DNA of 64,000 nt from Eledone cirrhosa (Eukaryota): NCBI GenBank assembly GCA_964016885.1, contig OZ024746.1, positions 50,530,001 to 50,594,000 on the forward strand, given 5' to 3'. Below, piece by piece: positions 59,711-64,000 of the stretch (position 1 is the stretch's first letter; every line of letters begins with the position of its first letter). Below the pieces are notes generated by a model. The model was not told the origin of the DNA, searched no databases, and saw only the letters and a list, made by a program, of their open reading frames with translations. The position numbers and the translations under genes were made by a program.

Positions 59711-60107
59711 GTAGTAACAATTATATCAAATCTACGAGATTTTGATGTTATTTATTTTGAGAACAATACCCTAACATAAGTATGGGCGGCCAATTACAGC
59801 CAGTTTGAACAGAAAGAGGTTAGAGAATTTTGGCTGGATACAGTCGGTTTAAATGCTAAAGGGTTGAAACAATTTTGTATCATAGAATCATTGGGCCCTT
59901 CTATTTTAAAGTCAGTAGGGTGTGATTTAACCTTTTTGATACCAAACCTCTTGAAACTGCTCATGGTCTTATGATACAAAATTGCTTTAAGTGTTTATAT
60001 TTATCTAAAAACATTTTTATCATAATTTTGTATAAGAACCTTTAAGTGACATTCCAAATACCAGATAAATAGTTGACTAAATCCTTTCAAATTCCCGAAT
60101 CTTTTTG

Positions 60108-60320
60108 TCGATACTTTGGGCATCTGGTTAGAATGTCTCAGGAAAGAATCGCTGGACAAATTTTACGTGCAAAACCAAATAGTAGGAGACCCAGAGGTAG
60201 ACCCCAAGAAAGATGGTTGGATAATATCCATGAGCTTGGTTGGTCTTGCTTGGGGATCCAGCTGGAAGGAGTGTCTGAGAACTCTTCCCCCGCGACCCTC
60301 ACAGGAATAAGTGGGTGAAG
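60108..60320 (+). mobile_element. Degraded RTE-like LINE 3' coding end
   Basis: 'RYFGHLVRMSQERIAGQIL...RRPRGRPQERWLDNI'. Confidence 0.7.
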
Positions 60321-60719
60321 AAGAAGGGTTAAAAGATATTTGGCTGCTATTTCTAGCAAATCAAGTGACCGCTTTGTCTCATTTATTCAGAGATGAGTGT
60401 ATCAAAGACTAGGTTATCCAATATATCTGCCTCCTTTTTTTTAATAAATAAAGGTTTATATAAGCCTATAAGCCCATATACAATATGTTTATATACCGGA
60501 TGGCTGGAACAGGTAAAAGAGTATATGATAAACAAAAATCTTGTCTGAGTATTGAAGCTGGGAACATGTTGCAGTTACTTCAGCCATCAGGGTAGGAGTG
60601 GGAGATGCAATTCAAAGCCTTACTGTCAACTAAGAAAATTCTATACTTGATATGTAGAAAAAGGGGTGAATGCAGAGGATACGTGCAGACTAGAGAGAAA
60701 CATATTGAGTATGCTCTAT

Positions 60720-61031
60720 TGAATGTGTGATGAAGTGCTGATGTGTTGAGAGAAAAAGTGGTCATAAGAGGAATGAGATTGTATAGACATGTGATGTGTA
60801 TGGATGATGGTTGTTGTATGAATAAGTGCCTAGAGTTCCACTTGCAAAGAAGAGGAAGGCCAAGAAAGACCTGGCTAGAGGTAGTGGAAGCTGATCTTAA
60901 AAAAAAAAAACACTAAGCTAACAAAGGAGTTGATAGGGGCAAGAAACAAGTTGAAAGGTGCTGTTCAGGCGAGGATTTGTCTAACCCACACAAGCATCGA
61001 AAAACTGACATGGAAAGAATGGTGATGATGA
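60720..61031 (+). mobile_element. Highly degraded RTE 3' end
   Basis: Remnants of 'RL.Y.HVM.M' and 'RGRPRKTW', plus a terminal 'gatgatga'. Confidence 0.55.
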
Positions 61032-61045
61032 CATCCCTATACCCA

Positions 61046-61046
<1 letters not shown>

Positions 61047-61078
<32 letters not shown>

Positions 61079-61343
61079 TTCTCTCTCTCTCTTTCTCTCT
61101 CTCTCTCTTTCTCTCTCACCCTTTCTCTCTCACCCTTTCTCTCTCACCCTTTCTCTCTCACCCTTTCTCTCTCTCACTCTCTCTTTCTCTCTCTTTCACC
61201 CTTTCTCTCTCACCCTTTCTCTCTCTCTTTCTCTCTCACCCTTTCTCTCTCTCACCCTTTCTCTCTCTCACTCTCTTTTTCTCTCTCTCTCTCTTTTTCT
61301 CTCTCTCTCTCTCTCTCAATCTCTCTCTCTCTCTCTCTCTCTC
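61047..61343. repeat. (CT)n with CACCCTTT interruptions
   Basis: Seen directly. Confidence 0.92.
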
Positions 61344-61752
61344 AGAGTTTTTACACCCCCTCTCTCCCTGTCCCTCTCAGAGAGAGATAGGTGTAAAAAC
61401 TCCGCTGCCCTGTGAAATTTAGTTCTGTATGAACTTACAAAAGCACAAAAAATGAGAAAAAACGTCCCTCCTCTTACTCTAATAACTGCATGTTAGATTC
61501 TTTTGCTAGTAACACTTGAGTATTTGCAAACATAGCAAACACACCAAACATTATCAAAATGTTTTCTTATATGTATGTATATAGCATAAAATAATAAAAT
61601 ATTTAAAAAATAGTCCCCCCCCACCCCTGAACTTTTGACTATGACTTGTAATCTAGTGTAGTTTAAGTAGGATTTGAACCTCTAACTACAGACATTCTCC
61701 CTCCTCCTTACTCACATGCTGGGATACATATAGATACACACATACATGTGCA

Positions 61753-61812
<60 letters not shown>

Positions 61813-61882
61813 TATATATAAGTATATACATATGTATATACAATATATTAATAAATGGAAACTATATTTATAAAACCATATT

Positions 61883-61946
61883 TATTATTATATATATTTC
61901 AAGGGCAACCAAGGCAAATTATGGTGCGCTTTCATCAGATAAAATA
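61883..61946 (-). ncRNA. Minimal type I hammerhead-like motif with intact core and AUAUAUAU palindromic stem III
   Basis: Minus strand: UAUUUUAU-CUGAUGA-AAGCGCACCA...UGGUUGCCCUU-GAA-AUAUAUAU-A^AUAAUA. Flanks 61845-61977 are homologous to 53442-53569. Confidence 0.65.
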
Positions 61947-62113
61947 CAGATTTGTTTTATAAATAAATATTGACATACCCGGAAAAAAGACAACCTTAGT
62001 TGGAGCTTCCTGGATAGTGAATATATTTACTCCACTAACTTGTTAAGTGCTTTATATCAGTTATAAAAATGTTTAAGCTTGTTGAATCCCAACAAATTAA
62101 ATATAACCTCTGC

Positions 62114-62378
62114 ATATATGTATATATATATGTATATATGTGTATATATGTGTATATATGTATATATATATGTGTGTATATATGTATATATATATGTGTG
62201 TATATATGTATATATATATATGTGTGTATATATGTATATATGTGTGTATATATGTATATATGTGTGTATATATGTATATATGTATGTGTATATATGTATA
62301 TATGTGTGTATATGTATATATGTGTATATATGTATATATGTGTGTATATATGTATATATGTGTGTATATATGTATATA

Positions 62379-62409
<31 letters not shown>

Positions 62410-62484
62410 GTGTATATATGTATATGTGTGTATATGTATATGTGTATATATGTATATATGTATATGTATATATATATATGTATA

Positions 62485-62554
<70 letters not shown>

Positions 62555-62563
62555 TACACATAC
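62114..62563. repeat. (TA)/(TG) microsatellite
   Basis: Seen directly. Confidence 0.92.
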
Positions 62564-63049
62564 AGTTCAAATATTTACTAGGTCAGATTGAATTGCTTTC
62601 AAACCAGCTTTAACCATAATTTGATATGTATGTGTTTTTGATCGCTCTATCACTCTGCCTATCTTTCTGTGTATGTGTACACACGTACACACATACATAT
62701 ACATATATATACATATACATATATATATGATTATGCTGAACTTCCATTTGCATGTATGTATGTATATATATATATAGGAGAGAGAGAGAGATCATACATA
62801 GCTTTGAATAAATGAGGTGTGTATGTGGTGGTGTTCATGGCAGCACGTGTGGTATAAAGATGGTGGTGGTGGTGACGGAGGGGTGGAGGGGGGGGGGGAG
62901 TTGTGCCTTGAATGGTGGTGTTGGTGGCGCTTGTAGTGCTGGTTGTGATGGTGTATTGTTTGTGTTAAATATATGACCTGGGGGTGGTGGTGTGGCTTAT
63001 AATTTACTGCTGAACTGTCAAAAAGACAAGTGAACTACTTTTCTGAATG

Positions 63050-63184
63050 GTGTGTGTGTTAGTATGTGTATATATATATATATAATGTATATATGTGTGT
63101 ATTCCAGTATTTTAACCCTTATATATATATAGTGTGTATGTGTTAGTATATATATATATATATATATATATAGTGTATGTGTTA

Positions 63185-63222
<38 letters not shown>

Positions 63223-63266
63223 ATGTGTTAGTATATATATATATATATATAGTGTGTATGTGTTAG

Positions 63267-63297
<31 letters not shown>

Positions 63298-63377
63298 TAT
63301 ATGTGTTAGTATATATATATATATATATATATATAGTATGTATGTGTTAGTATATATATATATATATATATATATAT
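63050..63377. repeat. Minisatellite 'gtgtatgtgttag' + (TA)n
   Basis: About 7 units with variable TA length. Confidence 0.85.
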
Positions 63378-63550
63378 GAATAAATTTAGTCCTTCATCAG
63401 TGATCTTCCTACCTTCATGGGCATTTCATCGCTTTAAAGACCATATACCTCCGGTTGGTGCGAGCAACGGTTAAAGAAAGTCGTTGGGACACGTAAATAG
63501 GGGAACGAGCGAGACTGTAAACAATCAAAGACGGTAATGCAACGAAAAGT

Positions 63551-63817
63551 GAGGAAGAAGGAGTCAAGTCCCAGAAATCGATGAATATAAGTTCTGTGAA
63601 ATCGTGGACGAGAGAGAATAAAGACCATCAAACCTGGTCGAAATGTGAGCAAGGAAAGAATTTCGCACAGGTCAAACGGGAGGAAGAAGGAGTCTAGTCC
63701 CTGAATTCGGTGAACATAAGTTCTTTGAAATCGTAGACGAGAGAGAAAAAAAGGAACAACCAACCTGGTCAAAGTGTGCATGAGGAAAGAATTTCGCATA
63801 GGTCAAACGGGAGGAAG
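63551..63817 (+). repeat. Imperfect ~130-bp direct repeat, two copies
   Basis: 'gaggaagaaggagtc...gaaagaatttcgca.aggtcaaacgggaggaag' starts at 63551 and 63680. Confidence 0.8.
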
Positions 63818-64000
63818 TGGGAGAGGGAGTAGCAGAGAGTGAGTGAGTGAAAGGTGAGGAAGAGGCTAACAGAGAGTGTGACTGTTAGAGGGGATAAAGA
63901 GAAGTGAGAGATACTGAGAAAGAGGAAGCAGTAAGAATGAAAAAGACGGGTCACAGCGGAGGAAAATATATATGTGTGAATATGAAAACAAGACGTGCTG

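Noticed and set aside
63378-63412. Minus-strand CTGATGAAGGAC hammerhead start
   Set aside because: It runs into (TA)n before any GAAA or stem III, so it cannot be called.

Overview
Eukaryotic, repeat-saturated window with no host gene. The SINE/LINE content and long (TA)n/(TATG)n tracts suggest a coleoid cephalopod such as Octopus (inference). Layout: 1-17.2 kb is an AT-rich ~276-bp fold-back satellite with higher-order structure; 18.3-27.1 kb is a near-perfect 474-bp tandem array; 27-48 kb is TA-microsatellite tracts holding retroelement islands (Penelope GIY-YIG fragment, RTE and CR1-type LINE pieces, one near-full-length RTE, tRNA-derived SINEs); 48.7-50.6 kb is a 310-bp array folded into a divergent inverted repeat; the rest is SINE/LINE remnants and simple repeats. 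Main observation: each unit of the 474-bp and 310-bp arrays carries a minimal type I hammerhead ribozyme (CUGAUGA...GAAA core, palindromic stem III, GUA site). At least five further distinct hammerhead or hammerhead-like families sit in the small islands between TA tracts. This suggests a Penelope-like element (PLE)/retrozyme hotspot able to produce self-cleaved monomer RNAs. All folds were read by eye; none has been tested. Almost all ORFs in the supplied track are artefacts of simple repeats.
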